This document shows positions 1 through 11,693 of a stretch of DNA of 64,000 nucleotides, piece by piece. The DNA comes from a bacterium (GTDB taxonomy: Bacteria > Zhuqueibacterota > Zhuqueibacteria > Residuimicrobiales > Krinioviventaceae). The notes beneath the pieces were generated by a model. It was not told where the DNA came from and made no database searches. It was given only the letters and a program-made list of their open reading frames with translations. The stretch is taken from positions 1,792,001-1,856,000 of the forward strand of contig OY843751.1 of NCBI GenBank assembly GCA_963693055.1, given 5' to 3'. The stretch's first letter is position 1. Each line of letters starts with the position of its first letter. Made by a program: the position numbers and the translations under genes.

Positions 1-78
1 GTCAAAGTTATGGTTAGTATATTTGGACGTTCAACACCTGTTGAACTTGATTTTTTACAAATTGAACTGGAATCGTAG
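1..78 (+). CDS. nusG: Transcription termination/antitermination factor NusG, 3' end only (5' truncated by window)
   Basis: Frame 1 reads [25 protein letters not shown], the NusG C-terminal signature; directly upstream of rplK. Confidence 0.95.
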   Translation, partial: VKVMVSIFGRSTPVELDFLQIELES

Positions 79-89
79 GAAAAGTTATT

Positions 90-515
90 ATGGCAAAGAA
101 AGTAACAGGCTTGATTAAACTACAAATTCCTGCTGGTAGCGCCAATCCATCACCCCCTGTGGGTCCAGCTCTTGGTCAGCATGGCGTAAATATCATGGAA
201 TTTTGTAAAGCCTTTAATGCAAAAACCCAGGACCGTCAGGGATTGATTATTCCTGTTGTTATAACTGTATATGCAGATCATTCATTTACTTTTATTACAA
301 AGACTCCTCCAGCTGCGGTATTGTTGAAAAAAGCTGCAGGACTGGCTAAAGGTTCCGGTGTACCAAACAGAGATAAAGTTGGTAAAGTAACTAAAGATCA
401 GGTTAAAGAAATTGCTGAAACAAAGATGGAAGACCTGAACGCAAATGATGTTGAAATGGCCATGCGTATGATTGAAGGTACGGCCAGAAGTATGGGAATA
501 TTGGTTGAAGGATAA
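90..515 (+). CDS. rplK: 50S ribosomal protein L11
   Basis: [34 protein letters not shown] motif. Confidence 0.99.
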   Translation: MAKKVTGLIKLQIPAGSANPSPPVGPALGQHGVNIMEFCKAFNAKTQDRQGLIIPVVITVYADHSFTFITKTPPAAVLLKKAAGLAKGSGVPNRDKVGKVTKDQVKEIAETKMEDLNANDVEMAMRMIEGTARSMGILVEG

Positions 516-560
516 GTAGATTGATCTATTTATCCAGTTTGAAACCGTTTTGGAGATAAA

Positions 561-1256
561 ATGAAACACAGTAAACGATTCAATGAAGCATTGTCCGGTA
601 TCGATCGTTCTGTACTCTACCCGTTAACTGAAGCTGTTGGAAAGCTAAAAAATGCTCCTTCTGCAAAGTTTGATGAGAGTGTTGAAATTAGTGTACGGTT
701 AGGTGTTGATCCTCGTAAGGCGGACCAGATGGTACGCGGTAGTGTAATGCTTCCGAGTGGAACAGGGAAAAATGTTCGCGTGCTGGTTTTGACAAAAGGT
801 GACAAAGAAAAAGAAGCACAAGAGGCAGGCGCTGACTATGTTGGTGCAGAAGACTTGATCGATAAGATACAGGGTGGTTGGTTCGATTTTGATGTTGTTA
901 TTGCGACACCTGATATTATGGGACAGGTTGGTAAGCTGGGTCGAGTTTTGGGACCACGCGGTTTAATGCCGAACCCAAAAATTGGTACCGTAACATTTGA
1001 AGTTGCCAAAGCCGTTGAAGATTCAAAGGCTGGTAAGGTTGATTTCAGGGTAGATAAATACGGTAATGTACATTCGCTGGTTGGTAAAAAATCCTTTAGT
1101 GATGGTCAATTGCTTGATAATATTCGTGCATTTATGGACACCATTCAAAGGATGAAACCTTCTACCGCAAAAGGCGTTTATATTAAAAATATCACCATAT
1201 CCAGTACAATGGGTCCCGGTGTTAAGGTTGACAAAAGCACATTAAATGAATCATAG
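561..1256 (+). CDS. rplA: 50S ribosomal protein L1
   Basis: [19 protein letters not shown] and SSTMGPG motifs; follows rplK. Confidence 0.99.
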   Translation: MKHSKRFNEALSGIDRSVLYPLTEAVGKLKNAPSAKFDESVEISVRLGVDPRKADQMVRGSVMLPSGTGKNVRVLVLTKGDKEKEAQEAGADYVGAEDLIDKIQGGWFDFDVVIATPDIMGQVGKLGRVLGPRGLMPNPKIGTVTFEVAKAVEDSKAGKVDFRVDKYGNVHSLVGKKSFSDGQLLDNIRAFMDTIQRMKPSTAKGVYIKNITISSTMGPGVKVDKSTLNES

Positions 1257-1291
1257 AACAAGTATTTGATTCAAATAGGAAGTGAAATACA

Positions 1292-1810
1292 ATGCCACAG
1301 CCAGAAAAAATTTTAAAAGTTGAAGAGCTTAGCGAAACGCTTGGCAATGCAAAAAGCATTTTCATGACAGATTTCTCGGGACTTTCCGTTGAAGATATGA
1401 CTAAACTGAGACGGGAATTGAGAAAAGTTGATGTTAGCTTTATTGTTGTAAAGAATACATTGGCTAAACTGTCTGCTGAAAAAGTTGGTTTGGAAAAGAT
1501 GAATGATTTTCTTACCGGCCCAACTGGACTTGCAATTGCAAATGACGATCCTGTAGCACCGGTAAGAGTTATTTACAATTTTGCGAAAGACAAGAAAAAG
1601 CCAGAAATTAAAGCAGCTGTTCTTGAAGGTCAGTTTTTAGATCAAAAAGCTGCGGAAGAAGTTAGAAACATACCTACTCGTGAAGAGTTGTTGGCCAAGG
1701 TTGTTGGTGGAATTTCATCTCCACTTTACGGATTGGTTGGCGGTTTGAATTCAATGTTGAGCAAACTTGTTTATACGCTTGACGCAATTCGAGAAAAAAA
1801 AGAAGAATAG
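1292..1810 (+). CDS. rplJ: 50S ribosomal protein L10
   Basis: LRRELR..VVKNTL..LTGPT and IPTREELLAK motifs; synteny. Confidence 0.98.
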   Translation: MPQPEKILKVEELSETLGNAKSIFMTDFSGLSVEDMTKLRRELRKVDVSFIVVKNTLAKLSAEKVGLEKMNDFLTGPTGLAIANDDPVAPVRVIYNFAKDKKKPEIKAAVLEGQFLDQKAAEEVRNIPTREELLAKVVGGISSPLYGLVGGLNSMLSKLVYTLDAIREKKEE

Positions 1811-1847
1811 AATAGTATAATAGATTTAACCCTAACGGGAGGACAAA

Positions 1848-2285
1848 ATGCCCGAAAAAGAAGAAGCCACAGTTGATCAGGAAACTACTGCTGTAGTAAC
1901 AGATGAAAAAGTAGAAGAGATCATCAAAGCAATTGAGGAAATGAGCGTTCTTCAGTTGTCAAAACTTGTTAAAGCTCTTGAAGACAAATTTGGTGTAACT
2001 GCTGCAGCTCCTGTTGCTGTTGCTGCTGGCCCTGCTGCTGCTGGCCCTGCTGCTGACGCTCCTGCAGAAGAACAAACTGAATTTGATGTTGTACTTAAAT
2101 CAGCAGGCTCTAATAAAATCCAGGTAATCAAAGTAGTTCGCGGAATTACTAGCCTTGGTTTGAAAGAAGCTAAAGACCTTGTTGATGGTGCACCAAGCAA
2201 TGTAAAAGAACAGGTTTCCAAAGAAGAAGCAGATGATATAAAGGCCAAGTTGGAAGAAGTTGGCGCTGAAATTGAAATCAAGTAA
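1848..2285 (+). CDS. rplL: 50S ribosomal protein L7/L12 with an acidic N-terminal extension
   Basis: [10 protein letters not shown] hinge, [23 protein letters not shown]; SD GGGAGG at 1837-1842. Confidence 0.99.
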   Translation: MPEKEEATVDQETTAVVTDEKVEEIIKAIEEMSVLQLSKLVKALEDKFGVTAAAPVAVAAGPAAAGPAADAPAEEQTEFDVVLKSAGSNKIQVIKVVRGITSLGLKEAKDLVDGAPSNVKEQVSKEEADDIKAKLEEVGAEIEIK

Positions 2286-2307
2286 TTCTTCAAAATTGCC
2301 AAATATT

Positions 2308-2352
2308 AAAAAAAGCCGGGCTAAAGACGTACGTCCTTAGCTCGGTTTTTTT
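2308..2352 (+). terminator. Intrinsic terminator/attenuator hairpin between rplL and rpoB
   Basis: AAAAAAAGCCGGGCTAA-AGACGTACGTCC-TTAGCTCGGTTTTTTT inverted repeat followed by a T run. Confidence 0.8.
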
Positions 2353-2390
2353 AAGTATTAAAACATATATTTTTGAAAGGATGTGATTCT

Positions 2391-5300
2391 TTGGCCGTTC
2401 GTCCAAAAAGAGAAAGAAAGACATTTGCCCAAATCAAGCCGGTCTCAGAGTTACCGGACTTGTTGGATGTGCAATTGAAATCTTTTCGAGATTTCTTGCA
2501 GCATGATGTATCACCGGAACAACGCAAAGATCAGGGATTACAGGCTGTTTTTACAGGTATTTTTCCAATTGTGGACAGTCGTGAAAATTTTGAATTAGAA
2601 TTTATCGAATACTATATTGATCCCCCAAAATATAATGTTGATGAGTGTCAGGAGAGAGGTACAACTTTTTCTGTCGCTTTGAAAGCAAAACTGCGTTTAT
2701 CCATCAAAGATGAATATGATCAAAATAATCCTCTGGCTAATTCCATAGAGCAGGATGTTTATCTTGGTAATATTCCTGCTATGACCAATAGAGGTACGTT
2801 CATTATTAATGGTGCAGAACGAATCATTGTTAGTCAATTGCATCGTTCTCCCGGTGTGTTTTTTGATGAAATTATCCACCCCAATGGCACAAAGTTGTAT
2901 TCCGCGAGAATTATTCCACTGCGTGGATCCTGGATAGAGTTTACAACAGACATTTACGATCTGATGAATGTTTTTATTGATCGTAGAAAAAAATTCCTTG
3001 CCACAACCTTGTTACGTGCAATTGGTTATTCTTCTGATCGTGAAATTCTTGAAGCATTTGATTTAATACAGACACTTGAAATTGCTAAAATCACTGATGA
3101 CGATATTGTTGGTACCAAGGTTATTGACGATGTTATTGACGTAGAAACCGGCGAAGTCATTATTGATAAATATGGTGAAATTGAAGAAGATAAAATACAA
3201 TTGATTAAAGATCTTGGTATTAAATCTGTTGAAGTTTTAAAAACAGACAAGATTTTTGGTCAAGATATTGTTAGTAATACTTTGCAAAAAGATCCTACCA
3301 ACTCTCAAGCTGAGGCCCTGGATCTTATATACAGACAACTTCGTTCGGGTGAGCCACCTGATACTGATACTGCAAAAATGTTGATTGAACGTCTTTTCTT
3401 TAATCCTAAACGTTATGAATTGGGTGATGTAGGACGCCATCGTTTAAACCGCAAGTTGGGTATAGACATTGATGCAGATAATGTAGCTCTTACACGTGAA
3501 GATATTTTGGGTATTATTGGATACCTGTTGGATTTACGTTTGGGACGCAAAACAGCGGATGATATAGATCACTTGGGTAACCGTCGTGTTCGTACCGTAG
3601 GTGAACAGTTGTCTGCGCAAATGAGTGTTGGTCTTGCCAGAATGGCACGTACCATTAAAGAAAGAATGAATTTGCGTGAAAGTGAAAATCCAACTCCTCA
3701 GGACTTGGTAAATGCCAGAACTATTCTTTCAGTCATTAATACATTTTTCGGTACAAGTCAGTTGTCACAATTTATGGATCAAACCAATCCTCTTGCAGAA
3801 ATGACCCACAAACGTCGTCTTTCTGCGTTAGGACCTGGCGGTTTGACTCGTGAGCGTGCAGGCTTTGAAGTCCGTGACGTTCACTATACTCATTACGGCC
3901 GTTTGTGTCCTATTGAAACTCCTGAAGGTCCAAATATTGGTTTGATTTCATCGTTAACAACCTTTTCTCGTATCAACGATTTTGGTTTTCTTGAAGCGCC
4001 CTATCGTGTAGTTGAAGATGGTGTTGCTACAAACAAAATCGATTACTTGACAGCAGATGAAGAAGAGAAGCACATAATTGCCCAGGCAAATGCACCCTTG
4101 GATGAAAAAGGTGCCTTTGTTAATGACCGTGTAAAATGTCGTCATCGTGGTGAGTTTCCATTATCAGCTCCTGAAGAAATTAAATATATGGATGTATCAC
4201 CCAACCAGATAGTTTCTGCTGCTGCTGCGTTGATTCCTTTCCTTGAACATGATGATGCGAACCGTGCATTGATGGGATCAAACATGCAACGCCAGGCTGT
4301 ACCTTTGCTTGTGCCTGAGGCACCTATGGTAGGTACCGGAATGGAAGGCAAGGTTGCCAAAGATTCACGTGCTGTTATTTCATGTGATGTTGATGGTGTT
4401 GTTGAGTATGTTGATGCTAAAAGGATTGTTGTTCGCAAGACTATTAGTAAAGAACAGGTAAATGAATTAGATCAATTACTTGATTTTGATCAGTCTGATT
4501 TATATACTTATAAGCTAACAAAGTTCAAACGTACCAACCAGGATACATGTATAAATCAAAGGCCTATTGTTGATTTGGGTCAGGTTGTTAAAAAAGGTGA
4601 GATTATTGCTGATGGTGCTTCAACAGACCATGGTGAACTCGCTTTAGGACGCAATGTTTTGGTAGCATTTATGCCCTGGAGAGGTTACAACTTTGAGGAT
4701 GCTATCGTCATTTCAGAACGTGTTGTACGTGACGATGTTTATACATCCATTCACATTGAAGAGTTTGAACTTCAAGTACGTGATACAAAACGTGGTGAAG
4801 AAGAACTCACACGTGAAATTCCCAATGTAAGTGAAGAAGCTACCCGAGATCTTGATGAAAATGGTATTATCCGTGTTGGTGCTTCCGTGCAAGCAGGAGA
4901 TATCCTTGTTGGTAAAGTTACACCCAAGGGTGAAACTGACCCAACTCCTGAAGAAAAGCTGTTGAAAGCTATTTTCGGTGAAAAAGCTGGTGATGTTAAA
5001 GATGCTTCTTTGAAAGGTTCACCAGGATTAAAAGGTGTAGTAATAGACACTAACCTGTTCTCCAGAAAGAAAAAAGATTCCGCTACCAAAAAGAAAGATA
5101 AAGCTGATCTTGAAGCATTGGATGCATGGCTTGAAAAATCTAGAAACCAGGCTTATGCAATGCGGAATGAAAAACTTGCAGCAGTTTTAATGTCAAAAAC
5201 TGTAGACCAAATTCGTGATATTGAATCCGGTAAAGTTATAACAAAAGCAAATACCGTATTAAATGAACGAAATTTGGAGAAAATTGATTTTGATAAAGTT

Positions 5301-6215
5301 GATTATTCATTTACACTTACAACAGATGAAGAAACTAACTCTTTGATTAATCAAATTGTATCACGCTATAAAAAGAAACTCAAAGATATTGATAATGAAT
5401 ATGAACTAAACAAGTTCAAGGTTGTAGTGGGTGATGAATTACCTCCAGGTATCACTCAGCTTGCCAAGGTTTATGTTGCTAAGAAACGTAAACTTATGGT
5501 TGGTGATAAAATGGCTGGTCGCCATGGTAACAAGGGTGTTGTATCAAACATTGTTCCCATGGAAGATATGCCATACCTGCCAGATGGCACACCAGTAGAT
5601 ATTGTATTAAATCCACTTGGTGTACCTTCTCGTATGAACTTGGGACAGATATTGGAAACAAACCTTGGCTGGGCTGCTGAAAAGCTGGGTTGTAACTTTG
5701 CTACACCGGTATTTGATGGTGCTTCTCTTGAGCAGATTGAACAAAAGATGGTTGAAGCCGGATTACCTGCTCATGGTAAAACAAGGTTATATGACGGAAG
5801 ATCAGGTGAACCATTTGATGAAGAAGTAACAGTAGGAAAAATTTATATGCTGAAACTTTCTCACCTGGTTGAAGACAAAATCCATGCCCGTTCTATTGGA
5901 CCGTACTCTTTGATTACACAGCAACCTCTTGGTGGTAAGGCCCAATTTGGTGGTCAACGTTTTGGAGAAATGGAAGTCTGGGCGCTTGAAGCTTATGGTG
6001 CTGCGTACACATTGCAAGAAATCTTGACTGTCAAGAGTGATGATGTTCGCGGACGTTCCAAAACATATGAAGCCATTGTTAAAGGTGAAAATATTCCTGA
6101 ACCTGGTTTACCTGAATCATTTAATGTATTGATTCGAGAATTGCAGGGATTGGGATTGGATGTACAACTGCTTAATGAAAAACAAAAACCGAGAACAGTT
6201 GGTACACAATCATAA
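2391..6215 (+). CDS. rpoB: DNA-directed RNA polymerase subunit beta
   Basis: [42 protein letters not shown]; TTG at 2391 chosen because AAAGGA precedes it (ORF track starts 2373). Confidence 0.99.
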   Translation: MAVRPKRERKTFAQIKPVSELPDLLDVQLKSFRDFLQHDVSPEQRKDQGLQAVFTGIFPIVDSRENFELEFIEYYIDPPKYNVDECQERGTTFSVALKAKLRLSIKDEYDQNNPLANSIEQDVYLGNIPAMTNRGTFIINGAERIIVSQLHRSPGVFFDEIIHPNGTKLYSARIIPLRGSWIEFTTDIYDLMNVFIDRRKKFLATTLLRAIGYSSDREILEAFDLIQTLEIAKITDDDIVGTKVIDDVIDVETGEVIIDKYGEIEEDKIQLIKDLGIKSVEVLKTDKIFGQDIVSNTLQKDPTNSQAEALDLIYRQLRSGEPPDTDTAKMLIERLFFNPKRYELGDVGRHRLNRKLGIDIDADNVALTREDILGIIGYLLDLRLGRKTADDIDHLGNRRVRTVGEQLSAQMSVGLARMARTIKERMNLRESENPTPQDLVNARTILSVINTFFGTSQLSQFMDQTNPLAEMTHKRRLSALGPGGLTRERAGFEVRDVHYTHYGRLCPIETPEGPNIGLISSLTTFSRINDFGFLEAPYRVVEDGVATNKIDYLTADEEEKHIIAQANAPLDEKGAFVNDRVKCRHRGEFPLSAPEEIKYMDVSPNQIVSAAAALIPFLEHDDANRALMGSNMQRQAVPLLVPEAPMVGTGMEGKVAKDSRAVISCDVDGVVEYVDAKRIVVRKTISKEQVNELDQLLDFDQSDLYTYKLTKFKRTNQDTCINQRPIVDLGQVVKKGEIIADGASTDHGELALGRNVLVAFMPWRGYNFEDAIVISERVVRDDVYTSIHIEEFELQVRDTKRGEEELTREIPNVSEEATRDLDENGIIRVGASVQAGDILVGKVTPKGETDPTPEEKLLKAIFGEKAGDVKDASLKGSPGLKGVVIDTNLFSRKKKDSATKKKDKADLEALDAWLEKSRNQAYAMRNEKLAAVLMSKTVDQIRDIESGKVITKANTVLNERNLEKIDFDKVDYSFTLTTDEETNSLINQIVSRYKKKLKDIDNEYELNKFKVVVGDELPPGITQLAKVYVAKKRKLMVGDKMAGRHGNKGVVSNIVPMEDMPYLPDGTPVDIVLNPLGVPSRMNLGQILETNLGWAAEKLGCNFATPVFDGASLEQIEQKMVEAGLPAHGKTRLYDGRSGEPFDEEVTVGKIYMLKLSHLVEDKIHARSIGPYSLITQQPLGGKAQFGGQRFGEMEVWALEAYGAAYTLQEILTVKSDDVRGRSKTYEAIVKGENIPEPGLPESFNVLIRELQGLGLDVQLLNEKQKPRTVGTQS

Positions 6216-6283
6216 TAAAGTAGAAAATGCCGAATTGCCTGCAAAGGTATACCAGGCTCAACAATAGAGTTTGGAGGTGAATT

Positions 6284-9200
6284 TTGACATATTTGATCGG
6301 ACAAGAAACTCCGACTAAAAGTACAAAATTTAACGCAATTTATGTGGGATTATCGTCCCCAGACAAAATTCTGGAACGTTCTCATGGTGAAGTTACCAAA
6401 CCGGAAACTATAAATTATCGCTCATTCAAACCTGAAAAAGATGGTTTGTTTTGTGAAAAGATTTTTGGACCGGTTCGTGATTATGAATGTCATTGTGGTA
6501 AGTACAAACGAATTCGATATAAAGGTATCGTTTGTGACCGTTGTGGTGTTGAAGTTACAACAAAGAGTGTACGTCGTGAACGTATGGGACATATTCGTCT
6601 TGCAGTTCCGGTAGTACATATTTGGTACTGGAAGTCACTGCCGTCCAAGATTGGTTATGTACTTGGAATGAGCATGAAGAACCTGGAACGTGTGATTTAT
6701 TATGAATCATATGTTGTTATTAATCCGGGAACCAGTGGTCTTGCAGAAAAAGATTTGATCAATGAAGATGAGTACCTGAAAATTCTGGAACAGGTTCAGG
6801 AAACTGAGGCCGAATTGCCTGATGAAGAGCGTTTTCGCGCTGAAATGGGTGGCCAAGCCGTTCTTGAATTGTTGAAGCAGGTGAATGTTGATAAATTGTC
6901 CAAGGTATTGCGCCATGCGGTAAACAATGAAACCTCATTGCAGCGCAAAGCAGATGCTTTGAAGCGACTCAAAGTTGTTGAAGCTTTTAGACGTGCAAAT
7001 AGGGATCGTGAAAATCGTCCGGAATGGATGATTATGACTATAATTCCGGTAATACCACCAGAATTACGCCCACTTGTACCTCTAGAAGGCGGTCGTTTCG
7101 CAACTTCTGACCTGAATGATTTATATAGACGAGTTATTATTCGTAATAATCGTTTGAAAAAATTACTTGAAATCAAAGCACCCGAAGTTATTCTTCGTAA
7201 TGAGAAGAGAATGCTCCAGGAAGCTGTTGATTCCTTGTTTGATAATGGACGTAAATCTGCTGCAGTTCGCAGTGATGGTAACCGTGCATTAAAGAGTTTG
7301 TCTGACATGCTCCGCGGTAAACAGGGAAGATTTCGTCAGAACCTTTTGGGTAAACGTATTGATTATTCAGGCCGTTCAGTAATTGTTGTTGGTCCTGAAT
7401 TGAAACTACATCAATGTGGATTACCAAAAGAGATGGCACTGGAACTTTTCAAACCTTTTGTAATTCGTAAACTTGTAGAGCGCGGATTGGTAAAAACTGT
7501 CAAAAGTGCTAAAAAACAGGTTGAACGCAGAGGTGCAGAGGTTTGGGATATTCTTGAAGAGATCATTGATGATCATCCAATTATGTTGAACCGTGCTCCG
7601 ACCCTTCATAGATTAGGTATTCAGGCTTTTCAACCTGTACTGATTGAAGGTAAGGCTATTCAGTTGCATCCGTTGGTATGTTCTGCGTTTAACGCCGACT
7701 TTGATGGTGATCAGATGGCTGTTCATGTTCCATTATCATTTTTTGCACAGATTGAAACTAAAATTTTGATGCTTTCAAGCCATAATATTCTTTCTCCTGC
7801 TAATGGTAGACCGTTGGCTATTCCCAGTCAGGATATTGTGTTAGGTATCTATTATTTAACCAAACGTCGTAAAGGCGCTACCGGTGAAGATAAAGAATTT
7901 TCTTCACCAGAAGAAGTAATTATTGCCTATAATGACAAGCGTGTTGAACTGCATGCTAATATTAAGGTTAGAATAAATGGTACAATGATCAATACGACTG
8001 TTGGTCGGGTAATTTTGAATGATATTTTACCAAAAGATTTAAGATTTGTTAATGAGCTTTTGACTAAAAAAGCTACTGAAGCATTAATTGCCCGTGCTTA
8101 TACACAATTGGGTAACTATCATACAGCTGTATTGCTGGATGATATAAAAGAACTTGGTTTTACTTTTGCTATGAAATCTGGTTCAAGTATTGGTATTTTT
8201 GATGTTATTGTGCCTGATGAAAAAGATCAATTATTAGATAAAGCCTTTGGCAATGTTGAAGCTATTCAAAAACGATATGAGCGTGGTATCATCACAGATG
8301 GTGAACGTTACAACCAGATTATCGATATCTGGACACACACCACAAGTGATGTTGCTGAACGAATGTTTGTACGCCTGAGAAATGACCGTGAAGGATTTAA
8401 TCCTATTTATATGATGGCTGACTCTGGTGCTCGTGGTTCGAAAGAACAGATTCGTCAGCTTGCGGGTATGCGTGGTTTGATGGCTAAACCTCAGAAAAAG
8501 ATGACCGGTCAAATGGGTGAAATTATTGAAAGCCCAATTACTGCGAACTTTAGAGAGGGCTTGACAGTACTTGAATACTTTATCTCAACTCACGGTGCTC
8601 GTAAAGGTTTGGCGGATACTGCTCTTAAAACTGCTGATGCGGGTTATCTTACTCGTCGTCTTGTTGACGTTGCTCAGGATGTAATTATTACCATGGTTGA
8701 CTGTGGTACCATTTTGGGATTACGTGTGGGTGACTTGAAGGAAGGTGAAGAAATCATCGAAACTATGCAGGACCGTATTACCGGTCGTGTTGTTGCCGAA
8801 GATGTTTTTGATCCAGAGACGGGTGATGTTATTATTGAAGTAGGTAGTCTTATTACCGAAGCTGATGCAGAAAATATTGTAGAATCTGGTATTGAAAATG
8901 TAATGATTCGTTCAGTATTGACCTGTGAAGCTGACCGTGGTGTTTGTGGCAAGTGTTATGGCCGTAACCTTGCAAATGGCAAGATGGTTTCCATTGGTGA
9001 AACTGTAGGTGTTATGGCTGCACAATCCATTGGTGAGCCTGGTACACAGCTTACACTTCGTACCTTTCACATTGGTGGTACTGCATCACGTATTGCGGCA
9101 CAATCTCAAGTTGTAACTAAAACTGCCGGTACAGTTGAATGGGATGGTTTAAAAACTGTTCAGCGTGAAGATGGTGATTTGATCACTCTTGGACGTAATG

Positions 9201-10528
9201 GAAGAATCAAGATCATGGATGATGATAACCGCGTTCTTGAAAGACTTACGGTTCCATATGGAGCGACATTGCTTGTAAATAGTGGTGATAAGGTAGAAAA
9301 GGGAAGTGTGATCTTTAAATGGGATCCATATTCAGCTTCTATTTTAACCAACTATGCTGGTACAGTCAAATTTAAAGATTTACTTGAGAATGTTACATTC
9401 CGCGAAGAGCTGGATGAAACTACTGGAATGAAACAACGTGTTATTATTGAAACCCGAAGCCGTAATTTGAGTCCTACTGTTCTGGTTGTTGATGAAGACG
9501 GTGCAGAATTGTCATCATTTGTTATTCCTACAGGTTCATTTTTGCAGGTAGATAATGGTGATGTTGTGGATGCAGGTGACAGCTTGGTCAAGATACCACG
9601 TGAAATATCGAAAACACGAGATATTACTGGTGGTTTACCAAGAGTTGCTGAGTTGTTTGAAGCACGTAAACCCAAAGAACCTGCGGTTGTTAGTGAAATT
9701 GATGGTATTGTTCGCTTTGGCGACATGAAACGTGGTGTTCGTAAGGTTATTGTTACTTCTGAAGATGGGCATGAAGAAAAGATTTACCTCATTCCTTACG
9801 GAAAGCACGTGTTGGTTCATGATGGCGATTTTGTACATGCCGGTGAAAAATTATCAGAAGGTTCTATAGCACCTCACGATATTCTTGCAATTATGGGTTC
9901 AAACAAAGTACAAGAATATCTTGTGAATGAGATCCAGGAAGTTTATCGTTTGCAGGGTGTACGCATCAATGATAAACATATTGAGGTTATTGTACGCCAG
10001 ATGCTGCAAAAGGTTAAGGTTGAAGATTCTGGTGATACCATGTACCTCGAGGGAGATCAGGTTGATCGCCTGGTATTCCTGAAAACGAATGAATATATTC
10101 GTAACCATGTTGTAATCACTGAGCCTGGTGATTCAAAATTCTCTGAAGGAGAATTGGTTAAAGTTGATGAATTTAAAGATACGGTTACAAAGTTCCAGGC
10201 AGCGGAAAAGGCTATTCCACAGGCGCGTCCAACGCAACCTGCAACATTCCAGCCCTTGCTGTTAGGTATTACAAAGGCATCTTTGACTACCGAAAGCTTT
10301 ATTTCAGCAGCATCCTTCCAGGAAACAACCCGTGTACTCACGGATGCTTCAGTAGAAGGAAAGGTCGATAGTTTAAATGGACTGAAAGAGAATGTAGTTA
10401 TGGGTCATCTGATACCAGCAGGTACCGGTATTGATGAATTCCGCAACATTCGGGTAATTGGTCCTGAATTAGAACTTCCGGATTCATTAGATGTTATGGA
10501 ATTGGAAGAAAAAGTCTCTAATGAATAA
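6284..10528 (+). CDS. rpoC: DNA-directed RNA polymerase subunit beta'
   Basis: [12 protein letters not shown] catalytic motif, Zn-finger cysteines; TTG start with SD GGAGGTG. Confidence 0.99.
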   Translation: MTYLIGQETPTKSTKFNAIYVGLSSPDKILERSHGEVTKPETINYRSFKPEKDGLFCEKIFGPVRDYECHCGKYKRIRYKGIVCDRCGVEVTTKSVRRERMGHIRLAVPVVHIWYWKSLPSKIGYVLGMSMKNLERVIYYESYVVINPGTSGLAEKDLINEDEYLKILEQVQETEAELPDEERFRAEMGGQAVLELLKQVNVDKLSKVLRHAVNNETSLQRKADALKRLKVVEAFRRANRDRENRPEWMIMTIIPVIPPELRPLVPLEGGRFATSDLNDLYRRVIIRNNRLKKLLEIKAPEVILRNEKRMLQEAVDSLFDNGRKSAAVRSDGNRALKSLSDMLRGKQGRFRQNLLGKRIDYSGRSVIVVGPELKLHQCGLPKEMALELFKPFVIRKLVERGLVKTVKSAKKQVERRGAEVWDILEEIIDDHPIMLNRAPTLHRLGIQAFQPVLIEGKAIQLHPLVCSAFNADFDGDQMAVHVPLSFFAQIETKILMLSSHNILSPANGRPLAIPSQDIVLGIYYLTKRRKGATGEDKEFSSPEEVIIAYNDKRVELHANIKVRINGTMINTTVGRVILNDILPKDLRFVNELLTKKATEALIARAYTQLGNYHTAVLLDDIKELGFTFAMKSGSSIGIFDVIVPDEKDQLLDKAFGNVEAIQKRYERGIITDGERYNQIIDIWTHTTSDVAERMFVRLRNDREGFNPIYMMADSGARGSKEQIRQLAGMRGLMAKPQKKMTGQMGEIIESPITANFREGLTVLEYFISTHGARKGLADTALKTADAGYLTRRLVDVAQDVIITMVDCGTILGLRVGDLKEGEEIIETMQDRITGRVVAEDVFDPETGDVIIEVGSLITEADAENIVESGIENVMIRSVLTCEADRGVCGKCYGRNLANGKMVSIGETVGVMAAQSIGEPGTQLTLRTFHIGGTASRIAAQSQVVTKTAGTVEWDGLKTVQREDGDLITLGRNGRIKIMDDDNRVLERLTVPYGATLLVNSGDKVEKGSVIFKWDPYSASILTNYAGTVKFKDLLENVTFREELDETTGMKQRVIIETRSRNLSPTVLVVDEDGAELSSFVIPTGSFLQVDNGDVVDAGDSLVKIPREISKTRDITGGLPRVAELFEARKPKEPAVVSEIDGIVRFGDMKRGVRKVIVTSEDGHEEKIYLIPYGKHVLVHDGDFVHAGEKLSEGSIAPHDILAIMGSNKVQEYLVNEIQEVYRLQGVRINDKHIEVIVRQMLQKVKVEDSGDTMYLEGDQVDRLVFLKTNEYIRNHVVITEPGDSKFSEGELVKVDEFKDTVTKFQAAEKAIPQARPTQPATFQPLLLGITKASLTTESFISAASFQETTRVLTDASVEGKVDSLNGLKENVVMGHLIPAGTGIDEFRNIRVIGPELELPDSLDVMELEEKVSNE

Positions 10529-10536
10529 AAAAAGAC

Positions 10537-10565
10537 TTGATTTTTGAAAATTAAATTACTATATT
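10537..10565 (+). promoter_or_regulatory. Putative sigma70-type promoter of the str operon
   Basis: TTGATT-17 nt-TATATT upstream of rpsL. Confidence 0.65.
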
Positions 10566-10596
10566 TTTTAGCTATGACGTTTTATAGGAGGTTTTT

Positions 10597-10968
10597 TTGC
10601 CAACTCTAAATCAACTGGTAAGAAACGGTAGAAAAAAGATCGTTAAAAAAGGTACTTCTCCTGCGTTGACAGGTTCGCCACAACGACGTGGAGTTTGTAC
10701 TCGTGTTTATACCACAACACCCAAGAAACCAAACTCTGCACTTCGTAAGGTTGCACGTGTTCGTTTGACAAATGGTTTCGAGGTAACCGCTTATATTCCT
10801 GGTGAAGGTCACAATTTGCAGGAACACTCTATTGTGATGATCCGCGGTGGACGTGTTAAGGATTTGCCAGGTGTAAGATATCATATAATTCGTGGAGTGC
10901 TGGATACCAGTGGTGTTCAGGATCGCAAGCAAAGTCGATCCAAATACGGTACAAAGGTTAAAAAGTAA
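10597..10968 (+). CDS. rpsL: 30S ribosomal protein S12
   Basis: [28 protein letters not shown]; TTG start with SD AGGAGG. Confidence 0.99.
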   Translation: MPTLNQLVRNGRKKIVKKGTSPALTGSPQRRGVCTRVYTTTPKKPNSALRKVARVRLTNGFEVTAYIPGEGHNLQEHSIVMIRGGRVKDLPGVRYHIIRGVLDTSGVQDRKQSRSKYGTKVKK

Positions 10969-10987
10969 TTAAAATAGAGTTTGCTGA

Positions 10988-11458
10988 ATGTCTAGAAGAA
11001 AAAAAGCTGCAAAAAGAAAAGTTTTACCAGATCCAAAATTCAATAATATTCTTGTAACAAAGTTTATTAATGGATTGTTAAAAGGCGGTAAACGCAGTGT
11101 AGCAGAAAAGATTTTTTACAATGCGGTTGACATTGTTGCTGAAAAGAGCAATGCTGATGGTCTTGCTGTTTTTGAAAAAGCAGTTGAGAATGTAAAACCC
11201 ATACTTGAAGTCCGTTCACGCCGTGTAGGTGGTGCGACTTATCAGGTTCCTGTAGAAATTCGCGCTGACAGACGTCAAGCGCTTGCCATACGTTGGATAA
11301 TTAATTATTCAAACAGCCGTTCAGAAAAGACGATGGCTGAAAAGTTGGCTAATGAATTGTTTTTAGCTTATAAAGGTGAAGGTGCATCTATGAAAAAGCG
11401 TGAAGATACGCACAAGATGGCCGAAGCCAATAGAGCTTTTGCTCATTTTAAATGGTAG
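10988..11458 (+). CDS. rpsG: 30S ribosomal protein S7
   Basis: [23 protein letters not shown]. Confidence 0.99.
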   Translation: MSRRKKAAKRKVLPDPKFNNILVTKFINGLLKGGKRSVAEKIFYNAVDIVAEKSNADGLAVFEKAVENVKPILEVRSRRVGGATYQVPVEIRADRRQALAIRWIINYSNSRSEKTMAEKLANELFLAYKGEGASMKKREDTHKMAEANRAFAHFKW

Positions 11459-11477
11459 TTTGATCGAGTATAGATTT

Positions 11478-11561
11478 GCCGGTCTTGCAGTCCAACTCCA
11501 ATCCAAGTGAAGTACGATTACGAAATTATCGAGGACTGGAAAGTAGTTGCGAAGACTTGGC
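11478..11561 (+). other. Long imperfect RNA stem-loop in the rpsG-fusA spacer (candidate cis-regulatory or processing element)
   Basis: Hand pairing: GCCGGUCUUGC with GCGAAGACUUGGC, CAACU/AGUUG, UCCA/UGGA, CGAU/AUCG; alternative CAGUCC/GGACUG. Confidence 0.55.
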
Positions 11562-11644
11562 GTAAGGTTGTTTTCCCTGTTCAGAATGTTACCACATTCT
11601 TTAAATTCAGGTGACAATTTGCTACGTCATGTTTTTGTTAGCTA

Positions 11645-11674
11645 TTGACATCTGAGGTTAGTTTAACCTATATT
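11645..11674 (+). promoter_or_regulatory. Putative internal promoter for fusA with a dyad in the spacer
   Basis: TTGACA-18 nt-TATATT; AGGTTA-GTT-TAACCT palindrome at 11655-11669. Confidence 0.5.
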
Positions 11675-11693
11675 TAAAGATTGTGGTTTTTTT

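Noticed and set aside
516-1291. Canonical L1-binding and L10-leader elements
   Set aside because: The rplA-rplJ spacer is only 35 nt. The rplK-rplA spacer has a weak TTTATC/GATAAA stem but no motif I could match with confidence.
2020-2060. GCTGCTGGCCCT-type tandem repeat in rplL
   Set aside because: It encodes the ordinary Ala/Pro-rich L7/L12 hinge.
11363-11617. 84-aa minus-strand ORF across the rpsG-fusA spacer
   Set aside because: It overlaps the rpsG 3' end, has no recognisable domain or SD, and the region is better explained as RNA structure; not fully excluded.
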